Assembly (NCBI GenBank): GCA_965226795.1
Contig: CBDDDZ010000005.1
Location: 2,528,001-2,592,000, forward strand
Source of the DNA: Candidatus Latescibacterota bacterium
GTDB taxonomy: Bacteria; Latescibacterota; UBA2968; GCA-2709665
Direction of reading: 5' to 3'
DNA: 64,000 nt
The position numbers and the translations under genes are program-made. The notes below the pieces were generated by a model. It ran no database searches. It saw nothing but the letters and a program-made list of their open reading frames with translations, and was not told the DNA's origin. Positions 39,089-49,764 of the stretch are shown one piece after another (the stretch's first letter is position 1; every line of letters begins with the position of its first letter).

Positions 39089-40063
39089 CTAGAACGGCGT
39101 CTGTACGCCCAGTTCCGCCGCAACCTTTGCCAGGTCCCTCTGGTGATCCGGCCCGATCGGAATCCCCTCAACAGCCCAGGTACGCTCCCGTTCCCATTCC
39201 AGGGCTCCCGGAAGCAACGCGCGGTCCTCGCCGGGAAACGGTTGAAGTCCTCTCACGGCGGCTATAAAGTCGTCCATCTGACGACGAAACGCGTCCGGCG
39301 ACGCGAAACCGGAAATATCCACTGCCAGAATAAACGATCCCTGGTTTACCGCCGGCCATTTCGGCTGCGCCTCCTCCACCGTCTGTATCCCCGCCAGCAG
39401 ACCTCCCAGCGCGTGACAGACCGCACCCAGACCCAGACTCTTGAAGAATGAGGAGGGCATGCGATGGAAAATCGTCTCGAATTCCGCGTTCCCCGCCAAC
39501 GCGACACCCGTTGACATGTCCAGAACCAGCGGGTGCTCACGGCCCGACGGAATTGCGAAACTCATTGGCGACGCGCCGTTGGCGGACATGATCCCTTGCG
39601 TTGGCGGCAGACGCCGGACGTGCGACGACACGACAAATCCCGCCATGCCGGCGCCGGATATCACACGGGAATATTTGCCGGCCGCGCCAAAGTGGTGATG
39701 ATTGCGTGTCGCCACCGCTGCCATGCCAGCAGCCCTGGCCTTCTCCACGGCGAGGTGGGCCGCCCGCCACGAAGCAAAATGACCCAACCCTCCGTCCCCA
39801 TCGATCGTACCCGTCGTTGCGGTCTGATGCAAAATGGTTACATCAGGGTTCGGATTCAGGTCGCCGTCGCGCAGGAGACGCAGGTAGCGCGCGGACTGTC
39901 GCGTCCCGTGACTGAACACGCCTCGGATATCGGTACCCACAAGCAGTTCTGCCATCAGCCGCGCCCGGTCCTGGGACATTTCCACCCGCCGATACATGTC
40001 GAACACAAAAGCCCGCATGTCCTCCGGCATCACCCGTACGAATTCCACAGGGACGACATTCAC
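39089..40063 (-). CDS. Ldh_2-family (malate/L-lactate/ureidoglycolate type) dehydrogenase
   Basis: D.RGVFSHG, IDGDGGLG, HHFGAAG, LDMST, LPG.LE. Confidence 0.88.
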   Translation of the reverse strand: MNVVPVEFVRVMPEDMRAFVFDMYRRVEMSQDRARLMAELLVGTDIRGVFSHGTRQSARYLRLLRDGDLNPNPDVTILHQTATTGTIDGDGGLGHFASWRAAHLAVEKARAAGMAAVATRNHHHFGAAGKYSRVISGAGMAGFVVSSHVRRLPPTQGIMSANGASPMSFAIPSGREHPLVLDMSTGVALAGNAEFETIFHRMPSSFFKSLGLGAVCHALGGLLAGIQTVEEAQPKWPAVNQGSFILAVDISGFASPDAFRRQMDDFIAAVRGLQPFPGEDRALLPGALEWERERTWAVEGIPIGPDHQRDLAKVAAELGVQTPF

Positions 40064-40104
40064 GCCATATCCCTCCCGGGACCTGCCCCAAAAAAGTCCG
40101 GGAC

Positions 40105-40824
40105 CTACATGATCCCAAACCGGTTAAACGCCTCTCTCGCGGACGTCCCGCCTTCAATTGCCTCCCGAACCCGGTTCTCTCCTCTTGCTTTTTCCAACGC
40201 CAGGTTTATTACGTCGGTCTCGGCGTCGCGTGGTACAATCACCACGCCGTCCAGATCTCCGAACACGATATCACCCGGTGAAACCACGGCTCCGTTCGAA
40301 AACGTGAGTGTACAACGAAAGTCGACCACGCGCCCCCGCACTCGCTGGTCCTGCGCGTATCGACCCGCGCAGAACGTCGGGAAATGCAATTCCAATATAC
40401 CCCGTGTGTCGCGGCTGAATCCGTCCAGAACGGCGCCAGCCGCGCCCAGCTTCATTGCCCTCGTACTCATCAGCTCGCCCCAGAGCGCATAGGTGGGCGA
40501 TGCCCCTGTACATATGTAGACTTCGTTCGCGGTCAGATCATCGACCGCTTCGAACATCAAACCGAACGGCCCTTGGCCGTCCCCGGAACGGATTGTCATG
40601 CCTGTAATATCGGCCTCCAGGACCGGCATCGCCCGACCCACAACGACCATGTCTTCGTGCAGCGGCTGAATCGACGGTGGCAGAAACTGCCTGACCAAGC
40701 CCGCCTCATCCATCACGTCGCCCACAACGGCGGTGAAAAGTTCGCGGTTCATGAGCTCAAAAAGGCTGGCATCGTCCCGCCATTCCGCCATAACGTCGTT
40801 CTCCGAAACTGCGTGTTTGCTCAA
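40105..40824 (-). CDS. RraA/HMG-aldolase family protein
   Basis: VVGDVMD, WGELMS..A...G..GAVLDG..RD, PGDIVFGDLDGVVIVP. Confidence 0.9.
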   Translation of the reverse strand: MSKHAVSENDVMAEWRDDASLFELMNRELFTAVVGDVMDEAGLVRQFLPPSIQPLHEDMVVVGRAMPVLEADITGMTIRSGDGQGPFGLMFEAVDDLTANEVYICTGASPTYALWGELMSTRAMKLGAAGAVLDGFSRDTRGILELHFPTFCAGRYAQDQRVRGRVVDFRCTLTFSNGAVVSPGDIVFGDLDGVVIVPRDAETDVINLALEKARGENRVREAIEGGTSAREAFNRFGIM

Positions 40825-40946
40825 GTCTGCCGGAACGGGATCGAATAATCCGGTGATTGGATCGAAAACTTCGGTTCCCGACAGCCGGCTGGTCTCGTTA
40901 CGGTGAACATCTTCCGCGCCCTATCGGATTCATGGACGTCTGGGCC

Positions 40947-43916
40947 CTACCATCTGGCTTCGTAGGTCCGCACGACGCGAAATTTCGAACCCACTACAAA
41001 ATCGTAGAGAAATCCCTTCGAATAGTCCATGTCGTCGACCATACCCCTTACGAAATCCACGTTCCCCAGGTCGATCAGCGTTCGGCCCCCGTCCCGGCGA
41101 ACCTCGTGAATCCGGTAAGTCGCATCTCGTTCGTTATCGTTGTCTATGGAAATGAACCCGCCTCTCAACGGATCCGCAGGCGGCTCCGCGGAAGTCCAGA
41201 TCCGGCCCGGCTCGCACGCTTCCACCTGACCGCGCCATATGCCTGACGCCTCCCGAATGGATCGTTCGCTCGTGCCAAGCACCGTACCCCCCACCAGCAC
41301 GGCCCAACGGGCTGTGCCGTTCACCTCCGAATAGACACCCAGATGCCCGTCGAACACAATTCGTCCGTCCACCTGTACGCAGGAAACACCGTCGCCGAAA
41401 ATCAACGTATCGACCCGGTCGCCGGGTAGTTGAACACTCAGTGACCTGGCGGGCCCGGACACATCGAGCGCTTCTGCTGAACGGACAACGCGGCAGCCGT
41501 CATAGGCTTCGATCAGACTCAGGAAGGTCGAATCAACCCCGTCGTCCCCCTCGTGCGACGCGACCCCGTAGGTCAATCGCCTCGGGTTTCCCGGTTTATT
41601 CTGTGGTGGATCCCCGTGGCAAATCGCCACTTCGCCGGGCGGATCGAACAGACTCCACCGCAAGTGTACATCGGTCTCCAACGGCACTCCTGCAGCGCGA
41701 GACCGTGCACGGACCTTCCAGGTATCTTTCACTGTCCAGTCCACCGAAACAACGCTCTCCGGCGCCGGGCAACGCCGAACATTGTAGAGATACTGGAAGC
41801 CGCTTCCCCTGTATCCGTTTAAATCCACGACTGAACCATCGTAAAACTCGCCGAAACCGACATCCGCACCCGCGTAGGTCCCGCGAGCCTGCGGCTGCAA
41901 AACCATCCCGTCGGTTTCCACTTCACCCTCTGCCGCGTGGAACATGAAATGGTGCGAACGCCCACCGGACACGCGGAAGAGATCGGCGACATAGAAATCC
42001 CGTTCCGATATCCGTACCAGAACGCTTTGCCGACCGTAGGCCGAACACTGCGGATATACATCCGTGGACGAAACGGAGACGACCTGAACATTGTCTGCAA
42101 TTCCGACAAAATCGACCTTTCCGGAATAGGTGCCCTTCTGCGGGCTTCGATCCACCAATACCGTGTTGTGCGAAACCGTATGATTCGTCCAGCCCGACCG
42201 CTTGGGCCACACACGAGCGTGCTCGGGATAACCAAGGTCCGGCAACATGTCGAGACCGAAGGCGTAAAGACCCAGATTGAGGCGATCCGCGTGCCCGTGA
42301 CCCATGTTGCGCCCGTAATAAAGCCACAGTGTCCGTTCGAGTTCCCCCTCACCGTCACGCAACATGGCCAGACCGTATCCCGTCATCACATCCGATGATA
42401 ACCGAAGCGGCCCGTGCCTGCCGACCGTTTCCACGATCCGGACTCGTATCGCCTCCGGATCCGGATCCGTAATTGCTCCGTGCACCCCTGACAGATCTCC
42501 GTCCTCGAGTTGGTATATCGCTTGCGACAGTTCGGTGTCGCCGAACATCTCAAACCCGTATAGACACTGCTCAATATCCGCGCCGGCCAATCCGGGACTG
42601 CCTGTACTGCCGCTGTCGCCAATGGAGGGGACATAGCGATTCAGCGCCGTCACCCGCGTAAACGCCAGGTACATCTGGCGGTATCGGTCGAAGTCGCTAA
42701 TCCTGTGGCGCGTATATGACGGCCGTGACCGAAGAATCATCTCCAGCGACCGCATCCCCAGGGGCCACCTCAGCCACCCCAGGCTGTATCCCGGCGCGCC
42801 CTCCGATCCCACGCCATCCCGATCGATCTCACTGGCGAAAAGCAGCGGAATGTGCCCACCTGTGGGCTGCCGGCCCCTCAGGAATCCCTCTTGAAAGATC
42901 CAATCCAACCGGTCATCGGTCCGATTGTCGTCCAGGGCGACGGCCAACAAGGCCATGGTAGCCTGATCGCCTGGCTCGTTATGGTGGATGTCACCCTGCA
43001 GGATGGCCTCGATCCCTTCACGCAGGACATGGGTTTCAAAGTGAGCACACAACGCATCCGTGGTGCAGTGCTCTACCAGACCGTGCCGCAACTGTTTCGC
43101 TCGTAGAAATCGAAACAGCGGATCTTCGTCCTTCCAGGCCGTACGCACCAGGTCGAAACATTCGGCAAACGCCTTCAGGAGGCCGGGCTCCCAGATTCGC
43201 CCGTAAATCCGACCCCGGCCGCTGAGTCCGTCGGAATTAAAAAACCCCTGTCTAGCCCAGAATGACCAGTCCATATCGGGGTATACGTCAGCGATCCGGG
43301 CGAGCAGCACCCCTGCCTTGTGGGCGTAGATACCGTCACCGGTGAGCAGAAAAGCCTCGCGGAGTGTCTGGCATGCGGAACTGATCTCCGACCAGATTCC
43401 ATAGTGCGCATAAACCCCTACCAGTTTGAACGACTCTCCATCTTCGTCCGTCCACCCCGTCCCATCGTCCACCGCAAACATGTGCTTCGCATCCTTCGGA
43501 TCCGGATGGCGGGAATTGAAGAGCAACCTTCTATCCGCGCGTTCTGGGTGGAATAGCCCGTCTTCCGCGATCCCGCTCCGGTAATATGCCTCGAAATCGT
43601 TGGTAGGGAAACGGCCGTCACACGAAGGACATCTGATTTTCCACGGATCCGCCAGCACATCGACATCGAAGCCTCCGCCATACCGATAGATCTCCTGACC
43701 GCATTTCGGGCACCCCTTTTCAACGCTCGCATTCGTGCTCCGCCCGATCGCCTGGCCCGTCACCATCGCCCATAGCCTGTCGTCGTCGAGTTGCACCCAT
43801 CTTGTCGCCTTCGCCACCGCGGCATCCCGCAGGGCGGCCGCCCAGTCGAACCGCGTCACGTTTCGCCGGGCGTTTCCGACCTGCTCCGGCGTCATCAGTT
43901 TCCCGCCTCGCCTCAT
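40947..43916 (-). CDS. Heparinase II/III-family protein with N-terminal CxxC/CxxC motif
   Basis: EGAPGYS, PSIGDSG, GHGHADRLNL..., DLGYP, SHNTVLVD; ATG 43916 after GAGG; no signal peptide. Confidence 0.8.
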   Translation of the reverse strand: MRRGGKLMTPEQVGNARRNVTRFDWAAALRDAAVAKATRWVQLDDDRLWAMVTGQAIGRSTNASVEKGCPKCGQEIYRYGGGFDVDVLADPWKIRCPSCDGRFPTNDFEAYYRSGIAEDGLFHPERADRRLLFNSRHPDPKDAKHMFAVDDGTGWTDEDGESFKLVGVYAHYGIWSEISSACQTLREAFLLTGDGIYAHKAGVLLARIADVYPDMDWSFWARQGFFNSDGLSGRGRIYGRIWEPGLLKAFAECFDLVRTAWKDEDPLFRFLRAKQLRHGLVEHCTTDALCAHFETHVLREGIEAILQGDIHHNEPGDQATMALLAVALDDNRTDDRLDWIFQEGFLRGRQPTGGHIPLLFASEIDRDGVGSEGAPGYSLGWLRWPLGMRSLEMILRSRPSYTRHRISDFDRYRQMYLAFTRVTALNRYVPSIGDSGSTGSPGLAGADIEQCLYGFEMFGDTELSQAIYQLEDGDLSGVHGAITDPDPEAIRVRIVETVGRHGPLRLSSDVMTGYGLAMLRDGEGELERTLWLYYGRNMGHGHADRLNLGLYAFGLDMLPDLGYPEHARVWPKRSGWTNHTVSHNTVLVDRSPQKGTYSGKVDFVGIADNVQVVSVSSTDVYPQCSAYGRQSVLVRISERDFYVADLFRVSGGRSHHFMFHAAEGEVETDGMVLQPQARGTYAGADVGFGEFYDGSVVDLNGYRGSGFQYLYNVRRCPAPESVVSVDWTVKDTWKVRARSRAAGVPLETDVHLRWSLFDPPGEVAICHGDPPQNKPGNPRRLTYGVASHEGDDGVDSTFLSLIEAYDGCRVVRSAEALDVSGPARSLSVQLPGDRVDTLIFGDGVSCVQVDGRIVFDGHLGVYSEVNGTARWAVLVGGTVLGTSERSIREASGIWRGQVEACEPGRIWTSAEPPADPLRGGFISIDNDNERDATYRIHEVRRDGGRTLIDLGNVDFVRGMVDDMDYSKGFLYDFVVGSKFRVVRTYEARW

Positions 43917-44106
43917 GCAAACCTCGTAGTTAGGATCAGATCCATGCGCAGGAGAATGCGACAAGATACGCGCGCCCCGCGCGATGATCAACGGTTTTGT
44001 TGCCGGACGCATCTCCGCCTGTGGGCCTGCCGATAAGGGTTGACTTGAGGTTCCCACCCGGCTATCATGTCGCCCATCAGAAGCCCGCGCCAGGGAGGAG
44101 CATCCC

Positions 44107-45510
44107 ATGTCCCACAACAGTAACTTCTCGTTCCGAACCCATGGCGGCGTCTGCGCCGGCGAGACATGGATTTACGATCACGAAGAGCCCATCGCGCGTC
44201 TTGAAGACAAAGTGATCGAACAGCCTGAACAGAACCTGCGTTATTTCAATGGCAACGCCAAACCGGTCAACCTGCGAGACCTGAAACTGGCCCCCGGGGG
44301 CCGCCCGCTCGTGTGCGGCGTACAGATGTTCTGGGTGTTCCAGCACCGTGTCCTCGCCACCACGAATCTCATCGACATCCAGGTGGAGGGTCAGGAAACC
44401 GACCGCCTCGTTCTCACGGTGATCACCGCGGACCCGGGCGGCGTGGCCACCTCGCGCCGTGTGCTAACGCTAACCTACGACGCCGAATCGGCGTCGTATA
44501 TCTACGACTTTAAAGCCCACCTGGATATCCAAAGTCCGGAAGCACTGGACCGGGAAGAAACGGTCCACTTCGAGTATTGCGACCCCTGGTACAACGACAT
44601 CCCCGGTCCCACCGTCGAATTCCCGGGAATGTGGAAAAAACGATACTCGCATCTCCTGGCCGAAACCGGAGACGGCGCCATCTGGCAGATGCCGCTGAAT
44701 CACATGGCAACAGGCATACCCGGTCCAGGGCCGCTAAAGCGTGACGGCGCCCTCGTTCTGGCCTATGATCCCGGAAACAACCCCGCTTTTGAATTCATGG
44801 GCGAGACCGCCGAACGTACATCAGTGGGCGTCTGCAACTGGGGATACGACGTCCATTTCGCCGGTCGGTACACCCGCGACGAACTCTACGAGCCGTTGTG
44901 CCCTCACTTCCGCATCCGCCTCTGTCCGGACGACAAGGCGAAGCGAATGCTGGCATGCGCTGAACCGATTCCCACAGTGTCGTACAACGGCTTTGAAGCA
45001 CTCCCGCTCTACGAACGCAAGACCAGTTTCGCCCGAGGTCTGCGGCTCAACGATCCCACGCCGAGCAACACCGATCCCTGGCCCTGGCTGCCCGAGGGAG
45101 AGGGCGCGGAATGGTGCAAGGATCACGGACGATCCGACAAATTCTCACTTAAAATCAACAAACTGACAGACGGGCCCACCGAGTGGATGATGGACCGCGA
45201 AAGCGATGGCGCCTGGACCGAACGATGGACCCTTTCAACCGGCTTTAGTATTACCGTGCACATCAAGACCGAAAACGTCCAGGGGCGTGGCGCGTTTCTG
45301 GCCGTGCGCCGGGGCGTCTTCAACGAACCTGAGAAATATCCCTATATATGCTCGCGAAAACTCACCGGTACCAACGACTGGACACAGGTTAGTGTAGAGA
45401 TCCACGGTCCGTCGCCGCCGGACAGCGGGGCCGTCTACCTCATCCTGCGGCAGGATGGCAGTGGCACAAGTTGGTTCGACGACCTCGAAGTCAATCATAC
45501 CGCCACTTGA
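44107..45510 (+). CDS. Hypothetical protein with C-terminal CBM-like jelly-roll domain
   Basis: GGAGGAG RBS; C-terminal IKTENV...LTGTNDW...GTSWFDDL. Confidence 0.7.
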   Translation: MSHNSNFSFRTHGGVCAGETWIYDHEEPIARLEDKVIEQPEQNLRYFNGNAKPVNLRDLKLAPGGRPLVCGVQMFWVFQHRVLATTNLIDIQVEGQETDRLVLTVITADPGGVATSRRVLTLTYDAESASYIYDFKAHLDIQSPEALDREETVHFEYCDPWYNDIPGPTVEFPGMWKKRYSHLLAETGDGAIWQMPLNHMATGIPGPGPLKRDGALVLAYDPGNNPAFEFMGETAERTSVGVCNWGYDVHFAGRYTRDELYEPLCPHFRIRLCPDDKAKRMLACAEPIPTVSYNGFEALPLYERKTSFARGLRLNDPTPSNTDPWPWLPEGEGAEWCKDHGRSDKFSLKINKLTDGPTEWMMDRESDGAWTERWTLSTGFSITVHIKTENVQGRGAFLAVRRGVFNEPEKYPYICSRKLTGTNDWTQVSVEIHGPSPPDSGAVYLILRQDGSGTSWFDDLEVNHTAT

Positions 45511-45696
45511 ATATTTCCTTTTCCAGTACGGATGATTTCATTGGCGTTCCACACGGGGTCGACAAGCGTCACAAGAAGGATACGCGCACCAACAGCTCAA
45601 TCGCCGACCGGTGACGCCGGACGCGCTCAGACCCGCCGGTTTTCGCAGACGACAGCAGCCGCCAGGAACCCTGGAGTCCTCCAACAGGAACCCGAC

Positions 45697-46614
45697 ATGA
45701 GTCGACCTCTCGCGCCATCGCCGGTGGGCTTTATCGGCCTGGGCGAAATGGGAAGCGGTATGGCCCGTAATGTGCTGAACGCGGGGTTTCCACTCCTCGT
45801 CTACGACACGAGAACGAAGGCATTGGATCGGGTCGCCCGGTCCGGCGCACAGCCTGCGGCGGACATACCCCGGATGGCCGGTATATGTGAACGGATAATC
45901 CTGATGCTTCCCGATACCGGGGCCGTGGAAACCGTGCTCTTCGGAGAAAAAGGCCTTCAACCTCTGCTGAAGGCCGGGCACATTGTCGTCGATTGCGGCA
46001 CGACGCACCCCGATTTTACGCGCGAGGCTTCACGAATTCTGGGTGATCTCGGCGTTCATTTTCTGGATGCGCCCTGTTCCGGGATGAGTAGCCGCGCGGC
46101 CGAAGGAACCCTTACCCTGATGGTAGGCGGCGACAGAGATGCCTTTTGCGCCGTCCAACCGCTCCTGAATGCCATGGGTTCGTACGTTTTTTACATGGGC
46201 GGATCCGGCAACGGCCAGATTGCCAAGATCGTTAACAACACCCTCTTCAACATCTCCTGCGCCGCGCTGGCCGAGATGCTTCCACTCGCGGTCAAACTCG
46301 GCCTGAGCGCTGATAAGATATGCGACGTTGTGAACACCGGCAGCGGCCAGAGCTACGGTTTCGACACCTTCGCGCCTCTGATCCTCGAACGGGATTTCGA
46401 ACCCGGTTATCCCATGGCAAACGCCCGCAAAGATATCGACGCCATCGTCGAGATACTCGAAAGAGAGGGCGTGAGACTGCCTGTGGTCTCCGCCGCCGCC
46501 AATACGTTTCGCGCAGCACTGGACAGGGGTCTGGGAAACCTGAACAAAGGCGGAATGATCCACGTCTGGGAAGAGGCTCTGGGCGTTGAAGTCCGAAAGG
46601 ACCCCCGGAACTGA
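45697..46614 (+). CDS. 3-hydroxyisobutyrate dehydrogenase/tartronate semialdehyde reductase family
   Basis: GFIGLGEMGSGMA, FLDAPCSG, AEGTLTLMVGG, GQIAKIVNN. Confidence 0.92.
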   Translation: MSRPLAPSPVGFIGLGEMGSGMARNVLNAGFPLLVYDTRTKALDRVARSGAQPAADIPRMAGICERIILMLPDTGAVETVLFGEKGLQPLLKAGHIVVDCGTTHPDFTREASRILGDLGVHFLDAPCSGMSSRAAEGTLTLMVGGDRDAFCAVQPLLNAMGSYVFYMGGSGNGQIAKIVNNTLFNISCAALAEMLPLAVKLGLSADKICDVVNTGSGQSYGFDTFAPLILERDFEPGYPMANARKDIDAIVEILEREGVRLPVVSAAANTFRAALDRGLGNLNKGGMIHVWEEALGVEVRKDPRN

Positions 46615-46743
46615 TCCGCTTTGGGTCATAACCATCGAATGACCGCGGCCCGACGATACCTTCGCGGTCGGCACGCGTGGCAATTGCAGACATCCCCCAT
46701 GCACGCCGTCGACTTTGACCGATCCCGCGGTAAGGTCCATACA

Positions 46744-48012
46744 ATGAAAACCAAAACCGACATCCTCATTATCGGCGGCGGCTCAATCGGCGTTTGTTCC
46801 GCGCACTATCTCTCAGAAGCGGGAAAGGACGTTGTCCTCGTCGACAAAACCGATATCTGCGCGGGCAGTTCCTACGGCAACGCGGGCCTGATTGTCCCCA
46901 GCCACAGCATTCCCCTCGCCGCCCCCGGCGTTATCGGCAAAGCGCTCAAGTGGATGTTCGATCCTGAAAGCCCATTCTACATCAAGCCCCGTCTGGACCT
47001 GGAACTCGCCAAATGGCTGTGGAATTTTCAAGCGGCCTGTACCCCGGCGCGCATGCAACCATCCCTGGTGGTCCTGAGGGACCTCAACCTGGCGAGCGTG
47101 CAGCTTTTCACGGAAATCGCCGCCATCGATGGCCTGGATTTCGGCTTCCGGAAAAAGGGCAGCCTGATGGTCTATAAGACCGAACAGGGGCTTGACGGAG
47201 GCATCAAAGAAGCCGGCATTCTGTCCGCAAAGGGAATCCAGACGGAAATACTCGACCAGGACGGCCTGCGAAGACTGGATCCGATGGCCAACTACCACGC
47301 CGAGGGCGCCGTGTACTATCCACAGGACGCCCACCTGGTTCCCGCAAAATTCGTAAGGGAACTTGCGCGTCACGTTATTGAAAACAGTGCAAACGTCAGG
47401 ATTCACCCATCCACCGAAGTCATCGGCTTCAAGGGCCGGAACCGCCGGATCCAGACGGTCGTCACCACGCGGGGCGAATTCAGTGCGAATGAAGTCGTGC
47501 TCGCCGGCGGCGCCTGGTCGCCCGCCATCGCCTCGGAACTCGGCCTGAAACTGCCCATCCAGCCGGCCAAGGGCTACAGCGTCACCTTCGAACGACCGGA
47601 CCGGTGCCCTGAGGTTCCCGCCTCGCTCGCAGAATCCAAAGTGGCCGTTACACCCATGGGCGACATGCTTCGCTTCGGCGGCACCCTGGAACTGGCCGGG
47701 ATGGACCTTTCAATCAACAAACGGCGCGTGGCAGCCATTCTCAATGCCGTTCCTCGTTACCTGCCCGACCTGAACCCGAACAACCTGAAACATATCGAAA
47801 CCTGGCGCGGCCTTCGGCCCTGTACCCCGGATGGTCTGCCGTTTCTGGGCCGAAGCCGAACCTACAAGAACCTTACCGTTGCCGCCGGACATGCGATGAT
47901 CGGGGTCTCGCTGGGACCCATCACGGGCAAACTGGTCTCGCAGGTGGTCACCGCCCACACTCCCGCGATTGACCTTGGCCCCCTGCGCGTGGACAGATTC
48001 GAAAATAAATAA
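46744..48012 (+). CDS. FAD-dependent D-amino acid dehydrogenase (DadA-like)
   Basis: IIGGGSIG, SSYGNAG, PAKGYS, WRGLRPCTPDGLP, GHAMIG. Confidence 0.9.
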   Translation: MKTKTDILIIGGGSIGVCSAHYLSEAGKDVVLVDKTDICAGSSYGNAGLIVPSHSIPLAAPGVIGKALKWMFDPESPFYIKPRLDLELAKWLWNFQAACTPARMQPSLVVLRDLNLASVQLFTEIAAIDGLDFGFRKKGSLMVYKTEQGLDGGIKEAGILSAKGIQTEILDQDGLRRLDPMANYHAEGAVYYPQDAHLVPAKFVRELARHVIENSANVRIHPSTEVIGFKGRNRRIQTVVTTRGEFSANEVVLAGGAWSPAIASELGLKLPIQPAKGYSVTFERPDRCPEVPASLAESKVAVTPMGDMLRFGGTLELAGMDLSINKRRVAAILNAVPRYLPDLNPNNLKHIETWRGLRPCTPDGLPFLGRSRTYKNLTVAAGHAMIGVSLGPITGKLVSQVVTAHTPAIDLGPLRVDRFENK

Positions 48013-48231
48013 GAAGCCGACACGGACAACGGTTCAGAGTACACGGATGCGAGCCGCCCTGACTTTCGGCGTGTTCCATTGTACCTGGATGACCGGGAAC
48101 GAAGTTACTGCCGGGTAATCTGATTGGACGTATATCGACGCCGACGTTTCCCAGGCAAACCCGACCGCGAACGATCCCAACGCAACGGCCGAAACGCTCA
48201 TCCGAACCAATCATCAAACGAAAGGTCGCGT

Positions 48232-49710
48232 ATGCCCGAATTCATTCGGTCCGACAAGCCCAATGTGCTGCTGATCTGCACGGACCACTGGAGCGGAATG
48301 CTGACCGGCGAGGCGGGGCACCCCGTTGTCACGACGCCGACGATCGATCACCTCGCCCGGTGTGGCGTCACCTACACCAATGCCTATTCCGCGTGCCCCT
48401 CCTGCATACCCGCCCGACGCTCGCTGATGACCGGCATGAGCCCGAGGGCGAACGGAATGCGCTCCTATGCCGAAGGCGTGGACTTTCCCGACGCACCCAC
48501 CGTCGCACAGTGCTTTCGCGATGCAGGTTATCAGGCCTACGCCGTGGGGAAACTGCACGTCTATCCTCAGCGCCACCGGGTCGGCTTCGATGACGTCCTT
48601 TTGGAGGAGCAAGGCCGCCACATTCATCATGATATTCCCGACGGGATTGCCGATGACTACGAACTCTTCCTGGCAGAACAGGGTTACGGAGGGCAGGAAT
48701 ACGCGGGCGGCATGACCCAGAACGATTACATCGCACGTGCCTGGCACCTGCCCGAGTACTGCCACCCGATCAATTGGGCGGCAAGAGAGATGTGCAAATA
48801 CATTCGCCGGAGGGATCCGCGAAAACCCGGCTTCTGGTACCTCTCCTTTTCCGCGCCGCATCCGCCCACGACGCCGCTTCAGGCCTACATGGAAATCTAC
48901 CGGGATGCGCCCCTCGACGAGCCGGCCACGGGTAACTGGTCGGAACACTTCGATGACCTGCCTTACCATATCAAAACACTCACCAACCCTGACAACCTCG
49001 CGATGGCACGCGCCAAACAACACGAATGGGAATTTTCCCGGCGCGCCTACTACGCTACGCTCACCCATATCGACCACCAGATCCGGATCGTAGTCGGATA
49101 CCTGCGGGAATCCGGGTTACTGGACGACACCATCGTCGTCTTCACGAGCGACCACGGTCACATGGTCGGCGAACACGGCCTGTGGTGTATGACGCCGTTC
49201 TACGAAATGTCGGCCAAAATTCCACTGGTCATTATGCCTGTGAAGGACGACTCTCGTCTTCCCGGCGGAACGCGGGACGACCGTCTGGCAGAGTTTGGGG
49301 ACATCATGCCCACCTTGCTGGACCTGGCGGGCATCCCTAAACCGGATCACGTCGACCGGCAGAGCCTCGCCGGCGACCGGCGCCGCGACGAACTCTACGG
49401 CGAACACGGCGAAGGATCCGCGGCGATGCGAATGGTACACGACGGGCGATTCAAACTCATCTATTATCCCGTGGGCAACCAGGCCCAGCTTTTCGACATC
49501 GCCAACGACCCGCGGGAAACGCGAGACCTCGCAGGCGACACCGGCCACGCAGACACACTGAACAGACTCAAAGAACGCCTCGTAAAAAACCTCTACGGCG
49601 AAGATCTCAACTGGCTGAAAAACGGCGAACTCGTCGGCCTGCCCGCCAGGCAATACGTACCCGCTCCCTCGCGCGCGATGCGCGGCCAGCGCGGCCTTCG
49701 GTTTATGTAA
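48232..49710 (+). CDS. Cys-type sulfatase (cytoplasmic)
   Basis: PNVLLICTD, CIPARRSLMTG, GKLH, PHPP, SDHG; no signal peptide. Confidence 0.93.
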   Translation: MPEFIRSDKPNVLLICTDHWSGMLTGEAGHPVVTTPTIDHLARCGVTYTNAYSACPSCIPARRSLMTGMSPRANGMRSYAEGVDFPDAPTVAQCFRDAGYQAYAVGKLHVYPQRHRVGFDDVLLEEQGRHIHHDIPDGIADDYELFLAEQGYGGQEYAGGMTQNDYIARAWHLPEYCHPINWAAREMCKYIRRRDPRKPGFWYLSFSAPHPPTTPLQAYMEIYRDAPLDEPATGNWSEHFDDLPYHIKTLTNPDNLAMARAKQHEWEFSRRAYYATLTHIDHQIRIVVGYLRESGLLDDTIVVFTSDHGHMVGEHGLWCMTPFYEMSAKIPLVIMPVKDDSRLPGGTRDDRLAEFGDIMPTLLDLAGIPKPDHVDRQSLAGDRRRDELYGEHGEGSAAMRMVHDGRFKLIYYPVGNQAQLFDIANDPRETRDLAGDTGHADTLNRLKERLVKNLYGEDLNWLKNGELVGLPARQYVPAPSRAMRGQRGLRFM

Positions 49711-49764
49711 CCCGCGTCGCCGGAAGGCACACCCGTCGCGGTCAGTCACCGGAAGGAGCCATGC

